Below are positions 39,450-58,100 of a stretch of DNA of 64,000 nucleotides, one piece after another (the stretch's first letter is position 1; each line of letters opens with the position of its first letter). Source of the stretch: the human T2T-CHM13v2.0 reference genome, Homo sapiens; assembly GCF_009914755.1 (NCBI RefSeq), contig NC_060926.1. The stretch is one strand, 5' to 3'. A program made the position numbers and the translations under genes. The notes under the pieces are model-generated. The model saw nothing but the letters and a program-made list of their open reading frames with translations. It did no database searches and had not been told where the DNA came from.

Positions 39450-39967
39450 CTGTATGAATTAAAGATTGCATTTGACTGTTGATGAGATTGATGTGAAATA
39501 ACAGTGTTTTAAGCCTGTTAGGAGATTTCTTTTCTCTTGAGTAAAAGAAATCAGGAAGGAGACAGTCCAGGGAGAGTGTGGTTGATGCATGCTACCATCA
39601 AAGTTCTAGGCCTCTTTCATGTTTCTGCTGCACTATCCTTAAACATGATATCCATCCTCAAGATCACAAGGTGCCAGCTTGGAAGTCTTGCTGTTACATC
39701 CATGTTATAGGAAGAAAAAAAGGAAGAGCAAGTGAACAAACAACACACCTCCCAACTGAGTCAGGGCCCTTACAGATTGCAGAGCATTTCTGCAATCTCT
39801 ACCCAGAAACTTCTCCCCACATCTCATTGGCTATTCCTAGATGCAAGAAAGCCTGAGAAATGTTCCATAGCTGGTTACATTGCTATACACAATAATACAG
39901 AACTTTTGCTACTAAGAATGAAGAGGGAAAATGAACATTGAGCATGCAATTAGCAGTCTCTGCCACT
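39450..39967 (-). mobile_element. MLT1J-like MaLR LTR
   Basis: AAATAACAGTGTTTTAAG; ACATCTCATTGGC; CTAGATGCAAGAAAGCCTGAGAAATGT; AATTAGCAGTCTCTGCCAC end. Confidence 0.75.
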
Positions 39968-40429
39968 AGGCTGTATGGGATAGAAGGGAAAACATAGACT
40001 TCACTGTCCCAAAGATGCCCACATTTACCAAACTAGTTTGTGGAATTACTTGACCAATCTTGGGTGATTCATTTCACAGTTCTTCTAGGTTTTCTCACCT
40101 ATAAAATTGGAGCTTTTGGTGAAAATCTTGCAGGATTGTTTTTAAGATTAAATAAATTATTTCATAATTCAATGCAGTGTTTGGTGGCAACAGCTGTTGT
40201 TGATGTGTGTGTGTGTGTGTGTGTGTGTTTTATTGACTTCCTAATAAAATACTATGAAAACATGTACAATGATAAAAATTAAAGATTTTGACAAAAATGT
40301 CAAAATTTGAAAGGAATCTCCACCCACAGTAAGGCATAAAGAGTATTAAGAAAAGGAAAAAAACCTTCGTCAGGGTAGTGAAAAAAAGACTACATGCAAA
40401 AAGACAAGATACTTACTCCCCATTTCCTA

Positions 40430-40840
40430 CTCTGGCACACTCAAGCTCTGTGTGAAACAGAAAATGAACAGATGTCACTTCCCCATTCAGAGGCTGACAT
40501 CTGAAGCCATCTGGGGATGTTCTTTGTGTACTTCTACCAGTTATCATATAGCTCACCTCTGTTTGTCTTTGTACAAATGGTACCTTCTTAGTACGTTGCA
40601 CCCAAGATGCCCTCACCATAATACTCCCTATAGCTTTGCCTTGTCTTATTTTTATCCTCAGCACTCATTATCATTGAATGTGCTATCTGTTTCAGTTATT
40701 TATTTATCTAGATTCTGTTTTCTTCTAGAACATAAAGCACTTTCACAAGAGATTTTTTGTTTTGTTCTGTTTTAGTCAGTATTGTATAACCAGAGCCTAG
40801 GAGAGAATATAGTAGGTACTCAATAGGCAGGTAAATTGAA
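40430..40840 (+). mobile_element. L2 3' region
   Basis: TTTTATCCTCAGCACTCATTATCA..CTAGAACATAAAGC..CCAGAGCCTAG..ATAGTAGGTACTCAATA. Confidence 0.7.
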
Positions 40841-40914
40841 GTATTTAACTTCTCATGCACTCATTTTACCTCTATTCTGCTTTACTTTTTCTCCCCATAC
40901 CACTTACCACTGTG

Positions 40915-40917
<3 letters not shown>

Positions 40918-40957
<40 letters not shown>
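40918..40957. repeat. (CA)20 microsatellite
   Basis: Direct reading. Confidence 0.95.
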
Positions 40958-40958
<1 letters not shown>

Positions 40959-41019
40959 ATATATATATATAGTGTATATCTACATATATGTATTTAACTT
41001 AGCTTTGTTGCCTCTTTCC

Positions 41020-44000
41020 TTTACTTTTTCAGTATTTATTTTAGGTTCAGGAGTATATGTGCAGATTTGTTATGTGGGTAGATTGTGTGTTGCTGAGGTT
41101 TAGTGTACAAATGATTTCATCACCTAGGTGCTGAGCAAGGTAACTAATAGCTAGTTTTTCAGCACTCACTCTCCTCTTATCCTCCCCCGTCAAGTAGTCT
41201 CCTGCATCTTCTGTTCCCCTCTTTGCCTCCATGTGTACGCAGTGTTTAGCTCTCACTTATAAGTGAGAACATGAAGTATTTGGTTTTCTGCTTCTGTGTT
41301 AATGGGCTTAGTATAATGGCCCCAGCTGCATTCATGTTGCTTCAAAGGACATAATCTCATTATTTTTATGGCTGCATAGTATTCCATGGTGTATATGTAC
41401 CACATTTTCTTCATCTACCACTGATGTACATCCAGTCCACCACTGATGGACATCTAGGTTGATTCCATGTCTTTGCTATTGTGAATAGTGCTGCAGTGAA
41501 CATAGGAGTACATGTGACTTTTTGGTGGAATGATTTATATTCCTCTGGGTGTGTACCCAGCAATGGGATTGCTAGATCAAATTGTGGTTCTGTTTTAAGT
41601 TCTTTGAGAAATATCTAAACTACTTTCTGCAGTGGCTGAACTAATTTACATTCCCACCAGCAGTGTATGAGCATTCTCTTTTCTCCACAACCTCATCAAC
41701 ATCTGTTATTAATAATAGCCATTCTGACTGGTGTGAGATGGTATTTTATTATGGTTTTGATTTGCATTTCTCTAATGATTAGTGATGTTGAGCATTTTTT
41801 TATATGCTTGTTGGCTACATGTATGTCTTCTTTGGAGAAGTGTCTGTTCATGTCTTTGCCCATTTTTTAATGGAGTTGTTTGTTTTTGCTTGTTGATTTA
41901 AGTTCCTTGCAGATTCTGGATATTAGACCTTTGTTGGATGCATAGTTTGAAAGTATTTTCTCTCATTCTGTAGGCTGTCTATTTACTCTGTTAATAGTTT
42001 ATTTTGGTATGCAGAAGCTCTTTAGTTTAATTAGGTCCTACTTGTCTATTTTGGGGGTATTTTTGCAGTTGCTTTGGGAGATTTTGTCCTAAAATTGTTG
42101 CCAAGGCTTATGTTGAGAAAGGTATTTCCTAGGTTTTCCTCTTAACTGTAAACTCCTAGATTTTATATATATATACACACACACAGTTTTAGGTCTTAAA
42201 TTTAAGTCTTTAATCTCTCTTGAGTTGATTTTTGTATATGGTGAATAGTTGGGGTCCAGTTTCAATCTTCTGCATATAGATAGCCAGTTACCCCAGAAAC
42301 ATTTACTGAATTGTGAATTCTTTCCTTATTGCTTGTTATTATCAACTTTTTCAAAGATTAGATAGTTGTAGATGTACGGCTTTACCTCGGGGTTCTCTAA
42401 CCTGTTACACTGGTCTATGTGTCTATTTTTGTACCATTACATGCCGTTTTCGTTACTATAACCATTTACTGTGGTTTGAAGTTCAGTAGTGTGATGCCTC
42501 CAGTTTTGTTCTTTTAGTTTAGGATCACCTTGGCTATTCCAGTTCTTATTTGTTTCAATATGAATTTTAGATTTTTTAAAAGATCTGTAAAAAGTGACAT
42601 TGGTAGTTTTGTAGGAATAGCATTGAATCTATAAATTTCTTTGGGGAGTATGGCCATTTTACAATATTTATTCCTCCTATTTATGAACATGGAATGGTTT
42701 TCCCTTTGTTGGTGTCATCTCTGATTTCCTTCAGCAGTATTTTGTAATTCTTGTTGTTGAGATATTCTACCTCCCTGACTTGCTGTATTCCCCTAGGTAT
42801 TTTATTCTTTTTTGTGGTTATTGTGAATGAGATTGCATTCTTGATTTGGCTCTCGTTGTGGATGTTATTGGTGTATAGCAATGCTACGGATTTTTGTACA
42901 TTTATTTTACATTTTGAAACTTTACTGGAGTTTATCCATTCTAGGCACATTTGGGGAGAGACTATGGGGTTTTCTAGATATAGAATCATATTATCTGTGA
43001 AGAGAGATGGTTTGATTTCCTCTTCCTCTCTTTTGATGCCTTTTATTTCATTCTCTTGTCTGATTGCTGAGGGTTATTTTTATTTCTGTGGGATCAGTGG
43101 TAATGCCACTTTGGTCATTTCTGATGGTATTTGTTTAGATCCTGTCTCTTTTTTCTTTATTAATCTAGCTAGCAGTCTATGAATCTTGCTTATTCTTTCT
43201 AATAACCAGCTTTTTGTTTTGTTAATCTTTTGTATGGATTTTTGCATCTGAATTTCATTCAGTTCAGCTCTAATTTTGATTATTTCTTTGCTTCTGCTAC
43301 CATGGAGTTGGACTGCATTTGTTTTTCTCGTTCCTCTAGGTGTGATGTTAGGTTGTTAGTTTGAGATCTTTCTAATTTCTTGATGTAGGCATTTAGCATT
43401 ATAAACTTTCCTCCTAATGCTGCTTCAGCTGTGTCTCAGAGATTCTGCTATGTTTTTTCTTTGTTCTCATTAGTTTCAAGGAATTTCTTGATTTCTATTT
43501 TCATTTCATTCTTAATGCAAAAGTCATTCAGGAGTAGGTTGTTTAATTTCTATGTAATTTTATGGTTTTGAGAGATCTTCTTGGTATTGTTTTCTATTTA
43601 TATTGTGCTGTGGTCCAACTGTATGGTTGGTATGATTTCAGCTTTTTGAATTTGTTGGGACTTGCTTTATGGCCAAGCACATAGTCGACCTTAGATTATG
43701 TGCTGCGTGCAGATAAGAACAATGTGTCTTCTGTTGTTGTTGGGAAGACTATTCTGTAGATCTCTGTTAGATTCACTTAGTCAAATGTCAAGTTTAGGTC
43801 CTAAATATCTCTGTTAGTATTCTGTCTCATTAATTTGTCTAACATTGTGAGTGGGGTGTTTACATCTCCCACTATTATTGTGTAGTTATGTAAGTCTATT
43901 CATAGGTTTCTCAGAACTTGTTTTATGAATATGGGTGCTCCAATGTTGGGTGCATATATATTCAGAATAGTTAAGGCTTTTTGTTGAATCGAATGCTTTA

Positions 44001-46666
44001 TCATTATGTAATGCTCTTCTTTGTCCGTTTTGATCATTGTTGGTTTAAAGTCTATTTTGTCTTAAATAAAAATAGCAATCTCTGCTCTTTTATATTTTCC
44101 ATTTGCTTGATAGATCTTTCCTCATCTCTTTACTTTGAGCCAGCAGGTGTCATTGCATGTGAGATGGGTCTCGTGAAGACAGCATACAGTTGGATCTTGT
44201 ATCTTTATTCAGTTTGCCACTCTGTGCTTTTTAAATGGGGGCATTTAGCCCATTGTAAATATTTGTATGTGAGGATATGATCCTGTCATTGTGTTTTAGC
44301 TGGTTGTTATGTAGCCTTGATTGTATAGTTGCTTTATAGTGTCAGTGGGTTAGGTACTTAAGTGTGTTTCATGGTGACAGATATCAGTCTTTTATTTCCA
44401 TGTTTAGCACTTCCTTAATAACCTCTTTTATGGCATGTCTAGTGGTAAGGAATTCCCATAACATGTGCTTGTCTGAAAAATATCTTATTTCTCTTTTGCT
44501 TATGAAGCTTAGTTTGGCTGGATATGAAATTCCTGGTTGAAATTTCTCTTCTTTATGTATACTGAATATAGGCACCTGATCTCTTCTGTCTTGGAAAGTT
44601 TTTTTTGAAAGGTCTACTGTTAACCTGTTGGAGTTTCTTTTATATGTGGCCTGCCCCTTATCTCTAGCTGCCTTTAAGATTTTCTTTTATGTTGACCTTG
44701 GAAGTCTGATGATTATGTGTCTTGAAGACAGTCGTCTGGTGTAGTATTTTGCAGGAATTCTTTGAATTTCCTGAGCTTTCATGTCAATCTCTCTAGCAAG
44801 GTTGGGGAAATTTTCATGGGCAATATCTTCATATATGTTTTCCAAGTTGCTTGCTCTCTCTCCATCTCTTAGGAATGCATAGAGTTGTAGGTGTGGCCTG
44901 TTTACTTAATCCCATATTTCTTGGAGGTTTTGTTCATTTTTTAAAATTCTTTTTTAAAAATTTTGGCTGCTTGTATTGATTTGAAGGAGTGATCTTTGAG
45001 CTCTGAGATTGTCTCCTCAGCTTGGTCTATTCTGTTACTATGGCTTCCAATTATATTATGAAATTCCTGTAGTGAAATTTTCATTTCCAGAAGTTCAGTA
45101 TGGTTCTCTCTTAAGATGGCTGTATCATCTTTCAACTCTTGGATCATTTTGCTGTTTTCTTTGGATTGGGTTTCAACCTTCTCCTGTATCTCATTGAGCT
45201 TGCTTGCTATCCAGATTCTGAATTCTATAACTATAATTTGAGCCATTTCAATCTGGCTAAGAACCATTGCTGGGGAGCTAGTGCAGTCATTTGGAGGTAA
45301 GAAAACAGTATGGCTTTTGGAGTTGCCAAAATTCTTGTGATACTTCTTTCTCATCTGTGTGGGCTTATGTTGTTTTGATCTTTGAAGTTGTTGTACTTTG
45401 AATGGGGCTCTTTGCGTTTATATTCTTTGATGCCCTTGAGGGTTTGACTGTGGTATAAATTGGGTTTAGTTGACAGACCTTATTTCTGGATGCTTTCAGG
45501 GGGCCAAGGCTCAGCTCAGTACTCCTAGAATATGCATGCTCTAACCCTGGGAGGCTGGGGCCAGGCCCACAATTTTGATGTCAGTCTCCTCAAAATCAAA
45601 CATCTGCTGCACTGGAGGGGCTGATGTGTTCACAGTTCGATGGCAACAATGCTCTGACAGGTTTTCCAGCAAAAGTGCTCTGGTGGGGCAGCTGGTGGGC
45701 CATGGGATGGTGTGCTGCAGCAGGAGCACTGCAGGTGATTGTGTTCTGGCAGGGTGGTGAGGGATGCGGGCTGCAGGCAAGTATGCACAAATGGGCTGGT
45801 GGGGCTGTGGCAAAGTGTGTACTGACAGGGTGGCAGGGGGACCATGGGCAAGTGTGCAGTGGTGGGGCAGCTGCAGGCATGCACACAACAATGGAGTGGT
45901 GGTAGGTTCCCATGAGTGTTTGCAATGGTGGGTTGGTGGGGGTAGGCTGTGGGCAAGTGCACCTCAGTGGTGGTCTGTCTGCAAAAGCACTCTGATGGGT
46001 GGGCACAGGCTGCCAGTGAGAGTTAAGGTGGTGGCTGTAGGCAAGCACTTTGGCATGGAAGCGGAGGCTGTGCTGCAAGCAGATATGGCAAAGCAGGGAC
46101 CCTGGGAGAGGCCAGCAGACAGGAGGGCATTCACATCAGACCGGTCCCATTCCATGGGCAAGAGAGTCCTGCTGTCTCCAGGTTAGCAAATAACAAAGGC
46201 TAAAGCCACCTAGAGAAGTATGGCAAACTTCAGGGGATGGGCACCCATGGCTATGCTCCACTGTAGCCATCCCCATGCCAAGCCCTCTAGGCTGCATGTG
46301 GTCTGGAGTTCTGTCTCCACCGCTCTCTGGGCAGTTCTCCCTACAAACTCAAATGTCCATGGGGGTTTTGGGGGTCCCTTACACTTAGTATCCTGGAGGT
46401 CCATGGTAAGAATACGCTGCTTCACAGCTATTTTACTCAGCCCTTCCCTAGAAAACACTTGGGGGCAGGAATGCATCCTGGTGCTTGGCAACCCCATGCA
46501 GGGTTCCCAGCTTCCTCCCCCTTCAGCCCTGGGCTCTGTGTTCTCTCTCTTTCTATTCTCAATGCCTTTTTTTTCGGAATATCTGTTCAGAGGGTACCAG
46601 TATACTTGATGTTTTGTTCTCTCTGAAGTTCTTCCTGGCTGTGGCTAGTCAGCCATCTTGTCTCTT
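41020..46666 (-). mobile_element. Near-full-length L1PA15/16-type LINE-1 with internal ORF2 deletion; non-functional
   Basis: 3' end TTTATTTTAGGTTCAGGAGTATATGTGCAG; ORF2 peptide [17 protein letters not shown] (42681-42989); ORF1 peptides FQPGISYPAKLSF (44384-44575) and EFRIWI..NRIDQAEETISELKD (44941-45354); L1 5' YY1-site terminus CAGCCATCTTG at 46650-46660. Confidence 0.95.
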
Positions 46667-48981
46667 CCACTGTGTGTGTGTGTGTGCTTGCATGTAATCT
46701 TCAGGAAGGCAAGAATGTTATCTATTTTATTTACAACTTTTTCCTAGAACATGTAATAGAACCTGGGATGTAGTAAGTATGCAATACATGTTTGTTGATC
46801 TCCTGACAGTTCCAGCAACTACATCTATTAGATATGGCAACTTATTGAATACACCTGGTCAGGAAATGTGGGGTGAGAAAAAAAACATGAGGCATTCCAT
46901 CCTGAGGATATGACCCTTGCATTGGCATGTAGAACAGAAACAGGAAGGACACTGGCTGGCCAGCTGAAATGTACAGTTTTCACACATCCCCTATGTTTAG
47001 AGTAATAAACAAACAACAAAATAGCACCTCAGTAGTACAAACATTAAGTACTTGTATGCCTGTTTGAATATTGTAATTTCTCAAGGGCTGTGTGATCAGT
47101 GTGCAGATTGTAGGCATTAGATAAATGTGTGTTAATATTTGCGTAAATCTTCACCACCACCCCTCAAAATAGACAATCAATTTTTATGGTCAGGAATTAT
47201 ATCATATCTTTTTTCTGACTTAAATGCCACATCTAAACACTGCTAATTGGACATCTGGTAAAAGTCTTACTGTTTGATGGTTGCAGATTTGGTAGAAATC
47301 CACATATAGACAGAAGAGATTTAGAAATATAAACTGCATTAGGCTTTTACCTAATTAAAAAAAAAACAGGTAAAGAGGGACATTTTGACCAATGTTTGAT
47401 CAAGCAAATACCACCGTGAGCTTTGATTCTGTTAAAGTGAAGAGAGTCCATCCAGTACTTGATGACCAATCCCAAACTGGAGGCAACTGAAGAAAATGTT
47501 CATGGGTCAGTGGCACACAGTAGTATCCACTTCCCAGTCCACTGCTGATGGAGGGCTGCCTTAACCTAGAGTACAGTAGAGAAAGCACAAGACCCTCAGA
47601 CTTGTGGAGCTTAAAATAGGAAAGAATGGCATCAAATCAGCTCCTCCTTGACTCCTGTGAATTAAGATGTCATGGAGAAGTGAAGAGAAGAGAAAGATGA
47701 AGTCCCCAAGCTGGAATATTGCCTCCATAGGGGGTATTGGCACAAAGCTTCCAAGTTCCAGGCAGCAGAGTGCAAGCTTGACGCGTTTAGTCCCAAAACC
47801 CTGATTGCTCTGCACAGAGTTTGAGTCCCGTGTACCCATTTGTTAAGTTCACCTGTCTGATTTCATGCAACTTACTTTTATCACAGCCGTGATTTCTTAA
47901 CCCATTGTTTCTTTTGAGATATCCATCTTTTCCTAAGTACAACTTTGTAAACTCCTAATCATATTTGTTTGTTTTAATTGAACAAATATGTTCTGTGCCT
48001 TGGGTTCAAGTGATGGCTCCTAATTGGTTGCATGCTAGCTCAGCTCGTAGTTTCAGAGGATGGAGTTTCTCTCGTTCTGGTTGGGCATGTGGAAGGGGAG
48101 ATAACTTTAAAGCTTGATTAAAGCAAGTTTCTCTAACGTCAGAGTTACTTCTGAAGAAATAACTGTAATCCTGGAGGAACAATGGAGGCTCGCTTGAGTT
48201 AAGAAAGTTAGAACAGAAGTTTAAAAAAACAACCCTTGGTCCAATTTTCAAGAGGATTGTATAATGTCCAAAAAATGAAAAAAAATCCCCCCCACTTGTA
48301 ACCACAGGAAACCAAGCATTTAAGTCAGAAAAAAGAAACCCCTCCAATCCCACCCTCAGAATGAACTGCACCATATTGTTTTCCTTTCGTGCTTGCTGAT
48401 TTTAGATGTTCATTTTCTGTACGTTAAAAAGCAAAAGAGACTTAAAAAAATTCATTAGCGGTTTCTGTCTAAATCTCATCATCCAATTATTTTCATAGTG
48501 AACATTTGAAATGGAAGAAGTAATTCGGCCAAGAACTTTCTCTCCCTGGATTCCAGGAGATGTTTCACAATAATTAGAAACCCCAATGGGTCTTTTAAGA
48601 ACCCTTAAAGTGTTCCATATGCAGACTTCCATATGAAGTGGTACAATGTGCAGTTCTTCATTTTCCACAGTGGGGCCTGACAGGTCTTAGTGTATATTGT
48701 TACATTAAATGAGATGCACATTAGTTGGTCAGACCACTGGGTAGCTGGCCCCAATTTACAGAGAAATACAAACCAACCTGGTAACCCCAGTATTTGCCCC
48801 CCACGCCACTTCAAGCACACACAAACAGAGTACTGTTAATCATTGAGCAGTACTCAAGTACTAATTGGCTTCTTGGACCCTGTCCTTGAGTATGGAGTAT
48901 GGGTCTCACTGATTTTAATGCAATTATAATGTGAATTAACACATCTCAGTCATGAAATATCTGGGCTAAGCCAGGGATTAG

Positions 48982-49294
<313 letters not shown>

Positions 49295-49719
49295 TCACTC
49301 TTTTTTTTTTTTTTTCTGGACTAGTACAGGACTTTCATTTGTTATTTAGGCAGAGGGAAATACAGTAGCTACAAAAACCCCAAGATTCAGGGTGTCCCTA
49401 TTTAAAATATATGGCTTCGCTATATCTTAACATTCTTTTATCCGTTGCTGTTTTGGCATTCTGTGCAAAAGTAGTAGGAAACAATTATACAGAACCAGTA
49501 TCTGATACCGTGTCAGGTCTGCATGCCTTGCTAAGCAAAGAGCACTGATTATCAACCTTATTGTGACAGAGAGAAGTCCAACTGGTATGGTTTTGTTGAT
49601 GGTAAAATGCTAATTTTTTTTCTTAAAGGAAGTTGTGCATGGTTCGTTAGGTGGGTAATAAGTCTATAGTCTTTCTTCTCCTGGTTGATGACATTTTAGG
49701 AGATTTTGATTTTGGATGC

Positions 49720-52313
<2,594 letters not shown>

Positions 52314-53770
52314 GATGCTTTGTGCATCCTTAATAAAGATGTGCTTTGTAACCTAACTGGACCCCAGAGATCAAAGAAGGCAGCAGAGCATTAAAAAACA
52401 GCTGTTTTCCTGCAGGGGCTTATATTCTCATTAGATGTTTGTATTTGCAAAAAAAAAAACTGTGAGATTTTCTAAAAATAAAAATGCCTTATTCGTATTT
52501 TAATATTGACAAAATATCTCCCACCTTTTACTTAGGATATGCTCCCTTTTACCATTATTTTAGTGGGATGATCAGTGTATGCCATTTAAAGTTACTGAGT
52601 CAAGGAGTAAAATATGAACAAAGAATAGCAATTTCTCATCATTATTTATTGGTTTAAAATTTTCTTAGTCCATTTAAGATTTTCAGAAAAGAAAAAATGT
52701 GGCTGAGCTCAGCATATGATATATGATTATTTGTTCCTTCTCCTTCCTACAAATAATGCTTAAAATAGGAGTGCTCATTTGTTTGAGGTAATATATATAT
52801 TAATATTATTTTGAAAATGTTAACATGACATCCTCCTATCATATAAAGAAAGCAGTGAGTGGACTATTTCTTGAGGCTATTTAATTTCCTTTAGAAGTCT
52901 GATGGTAACTGGGTACAGAATGAGAAATGCAAATAAAAATATGAATGGACAATTTGGTATTACTTTCAGGAATAAGAGAAAAACCAATAGAGAGTATATG
53001 AAATTGCCTCTTCATAGCTCTTGAGACCCTTTGGTTCTTTCATTTAAATTATGATTTGCTAACATATAAAAGCTAAATTGTTTCCATCAAAAGCTATTAA
53101 TTGAACAGCCCTGGGCAGATATGTTGCCTTTCCTTGCCCCTATAGGACAGAAGTTAAGATCTGCAACCAAAGATAATTTAAATTTAAAGTACTAGAAACA
53201 GGAGATGGAGTTTGAAAGAGGTATAGCAGGAGGAAAGGTCTAGGATCATACTCTGTCATTGGTCACCCAAACAAGAAAACATAATAAATTATTGGAACTC
53301 TTCCGAGAGATTTAGAAGTGCATCAGTCCTAGCATTTAAAGAGAAAGAGAACTGGGAGACCTAGATCACTGATGATGAAGCAGGGAAGAATCCAGACTCC
53401 TGAAGAGGGGTGCACAGAGAAAGAGAGAAAGAAAAGGTCTAAGGAAATGAGTTTATAGGGCTAAGGAGTATCTCCCAAGACAAATATTCATAAACACATA
53501 TACATACATAAGCATGTGTTCACTTCCCCCACCTCCAACACACACCACAAGTAGCAGATATTTGAAAAAAAAATCTGATTCAAGTTTTGAACTCCAGCTG
53601 CTCACATTTAGCATAGAGTTATTTTCAGGGTGGCCAAATCACATAACTGGTACTCATTCCCACTCTGATATTTGAAGATCTGGAAATCAATGTTGACAAG
53701 ACAATCTGTTGCAGTGTCCATTGACGGGAATCCTGTGACTGGGATAACAGAAACAAAAAAAGTCAGTATT

Positions 53771-54088
53771 GGCCGGGCGCGGTGGCTCACGCCTGTAATC
53801 CGAGCACTTCGGGAGGCCGAGGCGGGCGGATCACGAGGTCAGGAGATCAAGACCATCCTGGCTAACATGGTAAAACCCCATCTCTACTAAAAATACAAAA
53901 AATTAGCCGGGTGTGGTGGTGGATGCCTGTAGTCCCAGCTACTCGGGAGGCTGAGAGCAGGAGAATGGCGTGAACCCAGGAGGTGGAGCTTGCAGTGAGC
54001 CGAGATCTTGCCACTGCACTCCAGCCTGGGTGACAGAGCGAGACTCTGTCTCAAAAAATAAATTAATTAATTAAATTAAATAAATAAT
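53771..54088 (+). mobile_element. AluY-like, full length
   Basis: GGCCGGGCGCGGTGGCTCACGCC start; AT-patterned tail; TSD AAAAAGTCAGTAT at 53757-53769 and 54089-54101. Confidence 0.95.
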
Positions 54089-54369
54089 AAAAAGTCAGTA
54101 TCCAAATTTGAGGTTTCTATATATCTTTATGGTACTCTGTTAGTGTGTAGAATGGGTGAAAGTGGGAAGAAAAAAGTGTATTTTGTGATAACCTTATTGG
54201 AACATTGGTTCCAATGTTTACATTTAAAATATATCATCTCACAAAGGCATTGTCATGATTGCCATTTGCACACATCAATGAGTGGGGAAAATTGTGAAAA
54301 TCCATTTTATCTAAACTCAGAACAGTAGGTTACCATATCGATACCTCTTGCATGCATGTACCCTAATTC

Positions 54370-54686
54370 AGAGCTACTCCATGTGCGACTGGTAATGTGG
54401 ACTGGTGCTAGTCAGCAAACTGTTTTTGTAGGTTTGCAATGATTAAGTACAGAAATTGAGCATCTGAATTTGGAAACTTCAATAGCAATTTCACAGACTA
54501 ATTTTATTTCTGTTGAATCTAATTGTTAAAACTGGGTTTTATTTTGTGTGTTCTTTTTTCATTTTCTGAGTAATATGTTTTTATTGGATTTTATAAAAGT
54601 TTGATTAGAGATGAATTAGTAATTTAGCAAAACAAAACAAACCAAACCAAATTGGACCCCTATCACAGGTAGTTTGAGAAATATTG
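54370..54686. mobile_element. hAT-Charlie non-autonomous element (Charlie4a-like)
   Basis: CAGAGCTACTC..GGACTGGTGCTAGTC..TAAGTACAGAAATTGAG..ATAGCAATTT...AGTTTGAGAAATATTG. Confidence 0.6.
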
Positions 54687-54789
54687 GCCTAATTGAAATG
54701 CTACAGTAATCCTTCAAATAGACAAAGACTTATCTTAATATTTGGGCTCATATTCCACATTTTAATCTCGGATCTCTAGCTTTCTTGAC

Positions 54790-55105
54790 AGCTGAGTGAT
54801 TAAAACAGCATAACATAAAGTATCTTTATTGAAACACTAGTCCCTAAAAGTTGTTATGCAAAAACATTCAGGGCCCAGTGTGCTCAAGAAACAGCACATA
54901 CACTGTGCTCACTTCATATATTCACAGTGCACATTAGCATACTAAAGATTCTGAGAGGTTTTGCAGGAAGCAAATTCGTTTCAATTTAACAAATAATTTC
55001 CCAAACTTATAATGGTCACAGAGCTCTTTGTGTGCTTCTGCTTCTCAGCACATGCTAACTTCCTGCAAAGTTAGTGTTCCATGGAACATAAACTGGGAAA
55101 TACTT
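54790..55105. mobile_element. hAT-Charlie-family MER element
   Basis: CACATTAGCATACTAAAGATTCTGAGAGG..TTTCCCAAACTTAT..AGTGTTCCATGGAACATAAACTGGGAAATACT. Confidence 0.55.
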
Positions 55106-56559
55106 CTATTTCTAACTAGAGACCTCAATAAGAGCTGAAAAGAAAAAAAAATAAAGTGGCAACAGATAATGTTGAGGAAAAAAATGGACAATGCACACAC
55201 TTTTAAATCATAACCTGAGTAATATGTTGATGTCATTCAAACTACTATTCTAATGTGAAGCTCTTGACCATGCCCTTTTCTCCTTTCTGCCTCCCACTGC
55301 CTTTTCTAAACACCCCATCTTCTCAGTGGGCTCATTTTTCAGACACTTATAGGAAGACTGCTTCTCCCCTTGAGTCTTCACAATTGGTCCAGGAGTTATA
55401 TGAAGTTTAGAGTTTTGCTAGTTTCTTGACTTTTTACATCTGGTCTCTTCTATATATTTCCAGATATTTAGTCAAACCCCATTGATTTGGACTAACAAGA
55501 GGAAAGGTCAATCCAATTTGATAAGAAGTATGATTTATAGGATAGTTTTAATGTAATGCAATGTTAGTTTTATTATTTTCAAAAGCCCGTGGTGCCAGAA
55601 ACTATGGTTGTAGACATATACAAAGTTCTCATTTTATACACAGACATGAATTATTTGTAATCACTAAATTTTAAAAAAGGTTTACCATTAAGTTTAAATG
55701 TTCCTCTGTCTCTGCCCCCACCCTTTGACAGTCATTATAGAACCACTTTAATTTTCTTTAAACTATTTTTATTTATATATAAAGGCATACTTTATTTCAT
55801 GCCCTGTCTCAAAAACAACTGTTTAAGTCAGTTGCCCTGAATGAAAGATGTTTGCATTTGGTGTCCATCCTCACCAGTGCAGGAAATAATATGAAACATT
55901 GATGAAAGCAAAAAATCCAGAATCTCCATTATATTTCTTTATAAATCATTCTTCTAAAAATGAGTCTTCATTTTTTGAGGCAAAACGTAAGTCGCCTGTC
56001 GTATCTTTCCCCATGTTTATCACCCTATTTTATTTCTGTCCTAGTAATAATCAGTTTGAAATTACAATCCTATTGATTTGTTTACTTGTATATTTTATTT
56101 AAATGCTCTCCACACTAACATGTAGGCTCACAGAAAGAGGTAGAAGCCAATCTGTATGGAAGAATACAGGGGAGAAGTCCCATTCAGAATTAGCGGGTAC
56201 AAAATAGGGGCCTAAAACAGAGGAACAGGTGACCTTCAGACCAGCAGTCCTGTTGGCTCTCATACTCTCCACCACCTTCCCAGAGAGCAACTAGCTGCCT
56301 GGCAAACAAAACAGAGAATACAAAACCAAGAGTACGCTACTTCAACATGACACAACTTGTCTCTTGAGGAAGGATAAAGCTCCTAAAGAAAGGCCTTTGT
56401 CATCTGACACTTGGGGAACTTATACTGTAACAGCCAGGTTAGTGCTAATTGTAGACTTACAGTAAAGCCTTCTGGTTGACAGTCACTACACCAGAGTTCC
56501 CAATTAGCTCATCAAGAGCATCAAGAGGAAGCCATATAAGAGGAACAGTATTCCAACTA

Positions 56560-58100
<1,541 letters not shown>

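Noticed and set aside
41412-41458. ~22-bp tandem duplication (CCACTGATG(T/G)ACATC) in L1
   Set aside because: Ordinary micro-duplication within a dead element
45541-46697. Many 60-160 aa ORFs in a GC-rich region
   Set aside because: They lie in the L1 5'UTR repeat array; CpG-depleted, not a CpG island or host exon
47720-47742. CCATAGGGGGTATT resembling a CTCF core
   Set aside because: Too many mismatches at high-information positions to support a call
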